Part shown: positions 1 through 8,555 of the stretch, in pieces
How the letters are laid out: the number at the start of each line of letters is the position of its first letter
Numbering within the stretch: position 1 is the stretch's first letter
DNA from: an uncultured Lewinella sp.
GTDB lineage: Bacteria > Bacteroidota > Bacteroidia > Chitinophagales > Saprospiraceae
DNA length: 64,000 nt
NCBI GenBank assembly: GCA_964594535.1
Contig: CAZQNE010000006.1
Location: forward strand, 19,496-83,495
Reading direction: 5' to 3'
Program-made: the position numbers and the translations under genes
Notes under the pieces: model-generated
Seen by the model: only the letters and a program-made list of their open reading frames with translations
What the model was told of the DNA's origin: nothing
The model's database searches: none

Positions 1-585
1 CCGCTGGACGGCTACAAACTCGAAATCGAAAACTTCGTCACCTGCCCCCTCGGCGAGATTGACCCCCAGAAGCACGGGCGCATCACGCTGAACCTGGCCG
101 GCATCATCAGTAGCTCCCGCCACATGGTCAGTAAAAACGGCAACGGTTGGGGTATCTTCGAGCTCAGCGACTTCGACGATACCCTGGAATTCAAGCTCTT
201 CGGCGAGGACTACGAAAAGTATAAGCACATCCTCGGACAAAACAAGGCCGTCTTCGTACGGGCTAACTTCCGCCGCAAACGCTGGGGGGAAGACGACGAC
301 GTCGAACTGGCCATCGCCGAGGTAAAGCTACTCGAGGGCCTGGGGCGAGAACTGACGGAGGCTATCGTACTCAAACTTCCCCTCCATACCCTGGACCGCA
401 AGCTGGTCATCGGCCTCGATGAGCTCTGCCGCAAATTCCCCGGGCAGCAGAAACTAAAGATGATCTTCTACGACGCCGACGGAGGACACAAACTCCACAT
501 GGTCAGCCGCGAACGGACCGTGGACGCCGATACCGAATTCATCAACGGGATCGAAAAACTCGGCATCCACTACCAGGTAGCCTAA
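1..585 (+). CDS. dnaE: DNA polymerase III alpha subunit, C-terminal part (5'-truncated by window)
   Basis: Frame 1 is open from base 1 (PLDGYKLEIENFVTCPL...LAGIISSSRHMVSKNGNGWGIFELSDFDDTLEFKLFGEDY), an OB-fold pattern typical of the Bacteroidota DnaE C-terminus. Confidence 0.85.
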   Translation, partial: PLDGYKLEIENFVTCPLGEIDPQKHGRITLNLAGIISSSRHMVSKNGNGWGIFELSDFDDTLEFKLFGEDYEKYKHILGQNKAVFVRANFRRKRWGEDDDVELAIAEVKLLEGLGRELTEAIVLKLPLHTLDRKLVIGLDELCRKFPGQQKLKMIFYDADGGHKLHMVSRERTVDADTEFINGIEKLGIHYQVA

Positions 586-1859
586 GCTAAGGAAAGGCGG
601 TATGCCGGTCCCAGTAGTCGGTTTGCGCTCGCATCGTTCGTGATGCGTTCGGACCTCGGATCCCAGCTGATGGTGCTCCCCAGTCGGTAGGTGATGTTGG
701 CCAGCGAGCAGACCGAGGCCGTCCGGTGACCGACCTCCGCCGGGCAACTCACTTCCCCCTCCCCGCGCATGGCGGCAAACCACTCCCGGAAGTGCTCCAC
801 GTTCGCGTCCCGCTGGTCCTTCCGCATCCGGTTGGAACGCCCCACCAATCCCCTGATCGGGCTATCCAGCAGGCTCCGGCTCACGTCCAGGCTGCCCTCC
901 GATCCGATGAAGCGGACGGCGTTCCCCCGCCCGAACCGCTGGTGGACTACCCGTACCCCGTCTTCGTACGTAAAGGTGAGCCCGTAATCAGCTTCGTCGC
1001 CGGGAGCGTAAAACTTCGTCGGGCCGGAGTCGTCGCGGTCTAGTGCCCACTGGACGATGTCAAACATATGCGCCCCCCAGTCGGTGATCATACCCCCGCC
1101 GAATTCTGCGTAGTCGCGCCACTTTCCCCAGATATTCAGGCCCGGGGGGGGCAGCAGCGTCGGGTGGTAGGGGCGCATCACGCTGGGTCCGATCCAGGCC
1201 TCCCAATCCAGGCCCTCCGGCCGGGGCTCGCCCTCCAGGTTGAATGCGATGGGGGGTGGGCCGATACTGACGAGCACCTCTTCGATTGCACCCAGTTTAC
1301 CCGCCCGAACCAGCCGTACGGCCTCTCGAAAATTGTGCATCGACCGTTGCATACTACCCGTCTGCAGTACCTTCCCCGATCGCTCGGTGACCTCTACCAT
1401 CGCCCGACCCTCCTCGATGGTGTGGGCCAGCGGTTTTTCGCAGTAGACGTGCAGGCCCCGCTCCAGGGCGGCAATACAGATCGGCGCGTGCTGGTGGTCG
1501 GGGGTGGCGATGAAGACGGCATCCAGCCCTTCGTGGTCGAGCAGGTCCCGGTAGTCGGAGTAGGCTTTGATGCTGGGGGCGGCGCTTTTCTTTTTGGCGG
1601 TTTCCCCCTGCCGCTGCTTCACGTAATCGTTTAATTTGGCCGGATGTACGTCGCAGGCGGCTACGATTTGTACCCCGTCCATCCGGCTGAGGATGCCCGA
1701 AAGTCCATTCGCCTGCCGCCCACAGCCGATGGTACCAACGTGGATATCGGCATTCGGGCTTCCACTCCCCGGCACCCCCGCCCGCATCCAGGAAGGGATA
1801 ATGGTGATGGCGGCGGTAGCGGTAGCGGTCTTCAGAAACTGGCGGCGGTCGGGGAGCAT
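582..1859 (-). CDS. Tat-exported Gfo/Idh/MocA family oxidoreductase
   Basis: DRRQFLK twin-arginine signal; GTIGCGRQ Rossmann motif; ATPDHQH, HVYCEKPL and DWGAHMFD motifs. Confidence 0.9.
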   Translation of the reverse strand: MLPDRRQFLKTATATAAITIIPSWMRAGVPGSGSPNADIHVGTIGCGRQANGLSGILSRMDGVQIVAACDVHPAKLNDYVKQRQGETAKKKSAAPSIKAYSDYRDLLDHEGLDAVFIATPDHQHAPICIAALERGLHVYCEKPLAHTIEEGRAMVEVTERSGKVLQTGSMQRSMHNFREAVRLVRAGKLGAIEEVLVSIGPPPIAFNLEGEPRPEGLDWEAWIGPSVMRPYHPTLLPPPGLNIWGKWRDYAEFGGGMITDWGAHMFDIVQWALDRDDSGPTKFYAPGDEADYGLTFTYEDGVRVVHQRFGRGNAVRFIGSEGSLDVSRSLLDSPIRGLVGRSNRMRKDQRDANVEHFREWFAAMRGEGEVSCPAEVGHRTASVCSLANITYRLGSTISWDPRSERITNDASANRLLGPAYRLSLA

Positions 1860-1889
1860 GGCGTTACGATTCGTTCTCCCGAAAGATAG

Positions 1890-4052
1890 CTATACGGTAC
1901 GGAACGACAGGAGGCGAATGTCCTTTAGCAATGCCTCGTTTAGCTCGCCGTGCATATTGGCGTTCCATTCTTCCAGTTCCAGGCGTAGCTCGCTCGTCCC
2001 CGCTTCCAGTTGAACGGCGATCTGATTACTCCACCCCCAGTCCGACCAATCGCCTTCCCCCCGCTGGGGAAAAACGAAGGAGCCGACGTACTCACCGTTC
2101 ACGTACCCGCTACGGATCGCACCGGCCGTACCCGTATGGATCGGTCCGTTGCCATTGGCATAGCGAAAACTCAGCCAGTAGGTGGCCGGTCGCTCTACCG
2201 TCATCGCCAGAGTCAGGGAGGTAGGTTCTTCCTGAGTAATGCGCACGGCACCCGACTCCGTAGCACGTATTACCCCCGACACTACGCTGAGTATTCGGGC
2301 TACGATCCGCTCCCGGGCAATCACGATCGGTTCACTGGCAAAGGAGGCGTAGCCGCGCTCATCGATTGCTTCCACCCAGTAGCTGCCCGGCCCGTGGCCA
2401 CCCAGTTGAAATACTGATTTTTCGGTATTCCCTATTGCTTCCCCGTTCCGGTATATCCGGTATTTCACTGCACCCGCGCACGGCGCCCATTTTATCCCAG
2501 TATCCGATATACTGACTGTTGGGGTCGGTAAACTAAAGTGAACGTCGGTCAGATTTGCCCTACGTTCCGGTAATGGCTCGTTCCGCAGGGATATAGTTAG
2601 GCGGTGCGGACCACTCAGCTCGCCCGGCACAAAGGCCTCGTCAAGAACCTCCCCGTTCAGGGATACGGAAGCAATTCGGTTGCCGAAGCCGTCTACTTCG
2701 ATGTCCAGGACCATATTTCGGTAGCGCAGTCCCCGTAATTCCTTCCGCCCCGCGTAACGTTCGGGTATTACGGGCCGGAACCGCAGTCCATTCGGTTCCG
2801 GCTGTATGCCCAGAAATACACGCAGCATCATGGCGAGATTACCCGCGATACTCCATAGCATCCGGGGGCTATTGACCTCGGTGCCTACGTAGCCGCCGGT
2901 TTCGGCTACCATATTCTCGTAATGACTCAGAAACAGGGCGGCGGGGCGGTAGAGGGACGCCAGTCCGTGTTCGAGCACCGCGCCATTACCTACCCGGGCC
3001 GCGGCCAGATTCCAAAAAGCCTGCACGAAGGGCCAGATACCATTATTGTGATATGCCGGTATATCCGGTATTTGTGGAAATATGCAACTTACCCCAAAGG
3101 GAGTAAGCGGGCTTTCGGCCACGATACGTCGGGACTGCGCCCCGTCCGCTACGTCGAAGAGTACGGCCAGGGCCTCCCCGAGGGCCTCGAAACGATCGGA
3201 GCGGATCATTTCATTCCGACCGTAGAGATATTGCCCGTAATATCCTCCTTGCTCATTCCAGAGATACCGGTTGATTCCCTTTTTAATGGATTGCGCACGA
3301 TCTTGAAATGGATGGTCCGGCAGGCCGAGGCGTTCGGCCATCCGGTGGGCCGTGCGGTGGGCGGCGTAGTGCACCACGTTGGTGCCCAGGCACTGGGAGG
3401 TGAAGATGTCGGCATTCGTCATCCACTCCGGGTAGGTCTGTTCCCGCCAGTCCAGGAAGGATGATTCGCCCCGGTACATACCCGTTTTGGGGTCGCGTAG
3501 GGTCCAAAAATCTTCGTTCAGCGTTTTTTCCGCGATGGGGTACACCTCCCGTAGCCACTCCTCTTCCCCCGTCACCAGGTAAATCTCCCAGGCGGCCAGT
3601 ATCCACACCGTCCGGTCGCTACTCACCGGCCAGGCCCCGCCCGATCCGGTGTCCTGAACGATACGGCCCTGTTTCACTTTACGGCGCAGACTGGTTTTAC
3701 CCTCCCCGGGGTACAGCAGGGCCAGGGAAAGAATGAGGCTGTAGCTGACGTCGCGGGTCCAGACCCCGTCCCAGAGGGCACCGGTGCGGAGGGTGCCATC
3801 GTCTTCGATATTCTTCCGGGCCTCCTCCATCGCCAAATTATAGAGGGCATCGACGATGGGTTGGTCGGAGCGGTAGCGGGGCTGATGTTCGGGAGCGGGT
3901 TCGGCGGTCCATTCTTCGGTCAGGCTTTGCCCCGGCAGGCTCCGAAAATTCGAGCTGAGGTGGGTGGGGGAATGCACCCTTGCGTGGGTCGGACCCTGGA
4001 CCACCCGATCGGTGTGTAGGGTGTACTGCGGGCAGTGGTAAAGCGTAGCCAT
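1890..4052 (-). CDS. (alpha/alpha)6 glycoside hydrolase (glycogen-debranching/MGH1-like) with C-terminal FnIII-like and CBM-like modules
   Basis: WTRDVSYS, GESSFLDWREQ and YHNNGIWPFV motifs; C-terminal FRYANGNG...W.DWGWSN CBM6/35-like segment; adjacent to GH13. Confidence 0.75.
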   Translation of the reverse strand: MATLYHCPQYTLHTDRVVQGPTHARVHSPTHLSSNFRSLPGQSLTEEWTAEPAPEHQPRYRSDQPIVDALYNLAMEEARKNIEDDGTLRTGALWDGVWTRDVSYSLILSLALLYPGEGKTSLRRKVKQGRIVQDTGSGGAWPVSSDRTVWILAAWEIYLVTGEEEWLREVYPIAEKTLNEDFWTLRDPKTGMYRGESSFLDWREQTYPEWMTNADIFTSQCLGTNVVHYAAHRTAHRMAERLGLPDHPFQDRAQSIKKGINRYLWNEQGGYYGQYLYGRNEMIRSDRFEALGEALAVLFDVADGAQSRRIVAESPLTPFGVSCIFPQIPDIPAYHNNGIWPFVQAFWNLAAARVGNGAVLEHGLASLYRPAALFLSHYENMVAETGGYVGTEVNSPRMLWSIAGNLAMMLRVFLGIQPEPNGLRFRPVIPERYAGRKELRGLRYRNMVLDIEVDGFGNRIASVSLNGEVLDEAFVPGELSGPHRLTISLRNEPLPERRANLTDVHFSLPTPTVSISDTGIKWAPCAGAVKYRIYRNGEAIGNTEKSVFQLGGHGPGSYWVEAIDERGYASFASEPIVIARERIVARILSVVSGVIRATESGAVRITQEEPTSLTLAMTVERPATYWLSFRYANGNGPIHTGTAGAIRSGYVNGEYVGSFVFPQRGEGDWSDWGWSNQIAVQLEAGTSELRLELEEWNANMHGELNEALLKDIRLLSFRTV

Positions 4053-4089
4053 GCCTTCGGAACGGGGGAGCGGGGACGCAGGTGCGGGC

Positions 4090-5925
4090 TTAGCGGGTAT
4101 AAAAAACGGCTGCCTCCAGGGGTGCCACGGTCAGTTCGTCCACCACCTCCACCGAATCGCCACTTTCGAGTTCGGTAAGCCGGGAAACGCCAGCCAGCAA
4201 TTCGGGATAACCCTCCGGATCGAGGGTGACGGCGGCGCTGCTTTTGTTCATCACGACCACCACGCGCCCGTCTTCAGCGTAGCGACCGTACACATACACC
4301 CCCTCCCGGGGGCCGTAGTGTACGGTCTTCCCCGTAGCGACGACTGGGGTAGCCTTCCGCCAGTTCAGCAGGATGCGCAGATAATTCATTACCTCCCGCT
4401 GGGCGTCCGTTAGCCCGGCTCCCGTTCGCACGTCGGCCGCGTCTCCGGCCCACCCCCCCGGCAGGTCGCTACGGATGATGTCGTGGTCATTCGGGGCGGT
4501 GTCGTTATCCAGCAGCACTTCGGTGCCGTAGTATAGTTGCGGGATACCCCGGATAGTCAGAAGGTAGGTCAGCGCCATTTTTATGCGCTCCACGTCTCCT
4601 CCGAGCTGGGTGGACAGGCGGTCCATGTCGTGATTATCGCCGAAGACCAATAATTTGGCGGGGTCGGCGTACTGGAAGTCGTTGGCGAGGGCTTCGTAGA
4701 GTTTGATGAGCCCGGTTCCCCACGTCTCGGGCTCGTTCAGTGCCTCGGTAAGGGCCCGCTGGAGGGGGAAGTCCATTACCGAGGGCAGGCAACTGCGGTA
4801 ACCGTTCGGGTTGTCCTTACCGGCCTGCCAGTAGGCGACGACGGCGGGATTGTAGCTCCACTCCTCCCCCACGATGCTGAAATTGGGGTACTCCCGCAGG
4901 ATGGCGCACGTCCAGTCGGTCAGGAACTCCGGGTCGGGGTAGGGATAGGTATCCTGGCGTACGCCGCCGAGTCCGAGAGTCTCGATCCACCAGATGCTGT
5001 TCTGGATCAGGTAGCGGGCCAGGAAGGGATTGCGCTGGTTGAGGTCGGGCATGGAAGAGACGAACCAACCCTGCGTCATCAACCGTCGGTCGCGCTCGCT
5101 GGCGTAGGGGTCCTGGTGTACGGTCCGTAGGTGATTGGTGGTACGGGGGGATTGCTGGTAATTCAGCCAGTCACCGAAGGGCAGATCCTTCATCCACCAG
5201 TGCTCGCTACCGCAGTGATTGACGACCTGATCCATGACCAGCTTCATACCGTGGCTCCGGAGTTCATCGGCTAACTCCCGGTAGTCGGCCAGGCTGCCGA
5301 AGCGGGGGTCCACCGCGTAGTAATCGGTGATTGCGTAGCCGTGGTAGCTGTAGGTGCCCATGTCGTTCTCCAGCACCGGGCTCGGCCAGACGGTCGTTAC
5401 GCCCAGTTCGTCCAGGTAATCGACCCGGTCGATGATGCCACGAAGATCGCCACCGTGGCGGGTCCCCCTACCCAGGCGGTCGACCCCGCCCTCCCGCATA
5501 CCGGCAACGGTGTCATTAGTCGGGTCTCCGTTGGCAAAGCGGTCGGGGGTGATGAGGTAGATCGCATCGGTAGCGTCGAAGCCGGCGAGTTCTGCCGCTT
5601 CAAACTCCCGTTCCTTCAGTTCGTAGTCGATTCGGTGCTCGGTACGCCCCTCCCGTGACAAGTGCAGCTCGAAGGTGCCGGCCCGGGCCCGTGGCCCGAT
5701 CGCCAGGTTGACGAACAGGTAGTTGGGGCTATCCGCGGTATGGGTCGATAGTACCGTCACGCCGGCGGCATCGATCCCGACTTCCATCGCACCTGCGTCC
5801 GCGCCCTGAATCAACAGCTGCAGGCTATCGCTGGCCATACCCGTCCACCAGTTTGGGGGTTCTACGCGCAGGTCCTGAGCGGAAAGAAAGGAAGTGAGGA
5901 AACAGCAGATAAGGCAGCGGTACAT
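4090..5925 (-). CDS. GH13 cyclomaltodextrinase/neopullulanase (SusA-like)
   Basis: RVEPPNWW N-terminal domain; YLITPDRFANGD, DQVVNH, GVRQDTYPY, IVGEEW and FGDNHD conserved regions; signal peptide. Confidence 0.92.
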   Translation of the reverse strand: MYRCLICCFLTSFLSAQDLRVEPPNWWTGMASDSLQLLIQGADAGAMEVGIDAAGVTVLSTHTADSPNYLFVNLAIGPRARAGTFELHLSREGRTEHRIDYELKEREFEAAELAGFDATDAIYLITPDRFANGDPTNDTVAGMREGGVDRLGRGTRHGGDLRGIIDRVDYLDELGVTTVWPSPVLENDMGTYSYHGYAITDYYAVDPRFGSLADYRELADELRSHGMKLVMDQVVNHCGSEHWWMKDLPFGDWLNYQQSPRTTNHLRTVHQDPYASERDRRLMTQGWFVSSMPDLNQRNPFLARYLIQNSIWWIETLGLGGVRQDTYPYPDPEFLTDWTCAILREYPNFSIVGEEWSYNPAVVAYWQAGKDNPNGYRSCLPSVMDFPLQRALTEALNEPETWGTGLIKLYEALANDFQYADPAKLLVFGDNHDMDRLSTQLGGDVERIKMALTYLLTIRGIPQLYYGTEVLLDNDTAPNDHDIIRSDLPGGWAGDAADVRTGAGLTDAQREVMNYLRILLNWRKATPVVATGKTVHYGPREGVYVYGRYAEDGRVVVVMNKSSAAVTLDPEGYPELLAGVSRLTELESGDSVEVVDELTVAPLEAAVFYTR

Positions 5926-5929
5926 GGCA

Positions 5930-5937
5930 CGAAGGTA
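5930..5937 (-). promoter_or_regulatory. -7-like box (TACCTTCG) 4 nt before the GH13 ATG
   Basis: Variant of Bacteroidota TAnnTTTG; the same 8-mer precedes trpS and the Pif1-like gene. Confidence 0.45.
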
Positions 5938-5967
5938 ATGCCCCCGCCGCTCCGGCTTCGGGAAATG

Positions 5968-6006
5968 AAAAAATCGCCTACCGGAGCAAGTAGCCGGTAA
6001 GCGATT
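5968..6006 (-). terminator. Rho-independent terminator of the 6031..7206 gene
   Basis: AATCGC-C-TACCGG / CCGGTA-A-GCGATT stem followed by a T-run on the minus strand. Confidence 0.65.
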
Positions 6007-6030
6007 CCTGAATCTGGGAGGTTCGGTCCT

Positions 6031-7206
6031 CTACAGGTTCACTTGGTAGCCGAGCGAGATGGTTAGTGCATCGACGTCGGTGCTCGGCCCCGTGACGTCT
6101 CTCAGGTAGTTTTGGCCGGGGGCATACCGAATATCAAAGACGATACGGTTGGCGAAAGTGAGCCCTACGCCACCGAAGGGGGTAAAGATATTCCCAGCCT
6201 CGTACACCCCGGGTTCTTGCGTAGAGTCCCCGGCATTAAATTGCTCGATGATGGAATTGAGGGCGAACTTGCCCTCCACCCCCAGCATAGCGTGGGCCGA
6301 AATCTGGCCGGCAAGGGGCTGAATGTACCGGACACCGACCGGAACGTAGATTGCCTGGTAATCGATGTATACCGACTCCTCATCCGGAAGGCGGTTCTTG
6401 GAGGTCAGGGAGATATAGCCCGCTTCGGCGAACACGGCGAAGTGGCGCTGGGCGAAGGGCAGGCCGGCTTCCACTTCCAGGCCGTAGCGCAGGCCCTGAA
6501 TGGGGCGGAAGGCAATGTCTCCTTCGGCGCGCCGGTAGTGCCCCTGGTAGCTTCCGTAACCCAGCCGGGGGCTGACGGAAACGGGAATGCTGTTTCGCTT
6601 CTTGCGGAGCGTGGTGACGGTCTCGGCTCCCGTACAGGTGTTGTATGCTTCGAAATAGGCGACCAAGTCATTGGTTGCGTATTCCGGCTGAACGGTAGGT
6701 TGATCGGTGGCGGAGCACGTCATTTCCCGTTGCAACTCGTCCAGGTAGTCCGACTGCCCCTGGCGGCGAAGCAGGGGTTCAGGGTTTTCCACACCCGTCC
6801 GGTAGAAGAACTGGCGGTTTCTTTTTTCGCCGTAGTAGAACAGATCGGCCTCGCCGTCGACCAGCCACTCCAAAAAGACCGTATCCCGTTCCAGATTCGG
6901 TTCCGCGGATTCCTCATTTTTACCGGAGGCGGGCCGGTCGATATCCACCACGTACCGGTGGTAGCGTAGGGTTTGGTTATCGTAGCCGAATTCCCGGACG
7001 TTCGTCAGGTCGCCCGTTTTGGCATCGCCGTACAGCGAGGTTCGGTAACGAAACTTTTCCGGGTTGTTCTTCCAGTCCGCATCGTAGATGAGGATGTCCT
7101 GCCGCTTCCCGTCGTGGTCGATCAGGTAGCCGGGCTGGTAGGGGGAGCGTCCGTCCACGATTGGGGACAGACCGGTCAGTAGGGTAAGGTATAGGCTTGC
7201 AATCAT
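6031..7206 (-). CDS. outer-membrane beta-barrel (porin/OmpA-like beta-barrel) family protein
   Basis: Signal peptide; C-terminal alternating beta-strands ending LTISLGYQVNL. Confidence 0.7.
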   Translation of the reverse strand: MIASLYLTLLTGLSPIVDGRSPYQPGYLIDHDGKRQDILIYDADWKNNPEKFRYRTSLYGDAKTGDLTNVREFGYDNQTLRYHRYVVDIDRPASGKNEESAEPNLERDTVFLEWLVDGEADLFYYGEKRNRQFFYRTGVENPEPLLRRQGQSDYLDELQREMTCSATDQPTVQPEYATNDLVAYFEAYNTCTGAETVTTLRKKRNSIPVSVSPRLGYGSYQGHYRRAEGDIAFRPIQGLRYGLEVEAGLPFAQRHFAVFAEAGYISLTSKNRLPDEESVYIDYQAIYVPVGVRYIQPLAGQISAHAMLGVEGKFALNSIIEQFNAGDSTQEPGVYEAGNIFTPFGGVGLTFANRIVFDIRYAPGQNYLRDVTGPSTDVDALTISLGYQVNL

Positions 7207-7416
7207 ACTTATTAGACGTTGAATCGTGTCCTAGCGTCTTTGTACCCGAAATTTTAACTACGGAAAGATTGGGCGCGGATCGTCGCTGGCGGGACGGGAA
7301 TGAATGCTGTCTATAACCCCCGGATCATCCTAAATGATCGAAGGTATTTTCTCCCCCCCCAATCGGGTAACCCACCGGTCCACGGCGAATATCCGCATCG
7401 ATCCTATATTGAGCCG

Positions 7417-8499
7417 ATGCGCTACCCCTACCTGCTGTACCTTCTCCTACTCTGCGGCTGTGGATCACCTGACGGTGCCCGGAACCCAGACGCCACCCCA
7501 CTACCCGAGCCCGGCCTGAAGGACGTAGCCCCCTTCCCCATCGGCGGGGCCGTCAATATCCGGGACGTAAGCCGCGACGAACGGCTGCGGGAGATCATCA
7601 CCACCCAGTTCAGCAGCATCACCTCCACCAACGACTTTAAAATGTACCGCATCGGTAAGCGGGAGGGGGAGCTGGACTTCAGTCGGGCCGATTCGACGGT
7701 GGCCTTCGCCCGGAAGCACGGATTGCGGATGTTCGGCCACGCCCTGGTGTGGCACTATGCCCTACCGGACTACATCGCCGAAATGGACCGCCCGGAAATG
7801 GAAACGTTCCTGACCGAGTACATCGACACCGTGGTCACCCACTTCCGGGGAGAGATCGACGGCTGGGACGTAGTCAATGAAGTGTTGGCCACCAGTGGGA
7901 GTCAGATGCGCGATAGCCCATTCTACGAAACCATGGGGGAAGACTACATCGCACTGGCCTTCCGTACCGCCCGGGCCGCCGATCCGGACGTGAAACTGTT
8001 CATCAACGACTTCGGTACCGAGCGGGATACGGCCAAAGTCGGTGCTCTCATCCGCCTCACGGAGCGAATGCGCGCCCGGGGCGTACCCATCGATGGTATC
8101 GGATTCCAGTGGCACCAGCAGATGCGGGACGATACGACGGTAGTGCGGCAAAACCTGCGGCGGGCGGCGGCTACCGGGCTGCTCATCCACGTTTCCGAGC
8201 TCGACCTCATCTTCAACACCCACAACGACGAGCGGGGCGGCGGTACCGAAGACGTACGGGCCGTAACCCCGGAGATGCTAGCCGATCAGGCCGATCGCTA
8301 CGAAACCCTGGCCCGCATCTACCGCGAGGAAGTACCGGCCGGGCAGCAGTACGGCATCACCTTCTGGGATTTTACCGACCGCGACACCTGGATCAAGGGC
8401 TTTTTCGAAATGGGCGACTGGCCGACGGTCTACGATGAGGATCTGGAGCCTAAGCCGGCGTATTATGGGTTTCGTAGGGGACTGAGGGTCGGGGATTGA
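7417..8499 (+). CDS. GH10 endo-1,4-beta-xylanase, lipoprotein
   Basis: GHALVWH, WDVVNE, KLFINDF, DGIGFQWH and HVSELD catalytic motifs; start moved to ATG 7417 (MRYPYLLYLLLLCGC lipobox). Confidence 0.9.
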   Translation: MRYPYLLYLLLLCGCGSPDGARNPDATPLPEPGLKDVAPFPIGGAVNIRDVSRDERLREIITTQFSSITSTNDFKMYRIGKREGELDFSRADSTVAFARKHGLRMFGHALVWHYALPDYIAEMDRPEMETFLTEYIDTVVTHFRGEIDGWDVVNEVLATSGSQMRDSPFYETMGEDYIALAFRTARAADPDVKLFINDFGTERDTAKVGALIRLTERMRARGVPIDGIGFQWHQQMRDDTTVVRQNLRRAAATGLLIHVSELDLIFNTHNDERGGGTEDVRAVTPEMLADQADRYETLARIYREEVPAGQQYGITFWDFTDRDTWIKGFFEMGDWPTVYDEDLEPKPAYYGFRRGLRVGD

Positions 8500-8555
8500 G
8501 AATACAGGATGGGGCGGCGGGGCGCGGGTGCGGGCAGAGTGGCGGACATCAGCAG

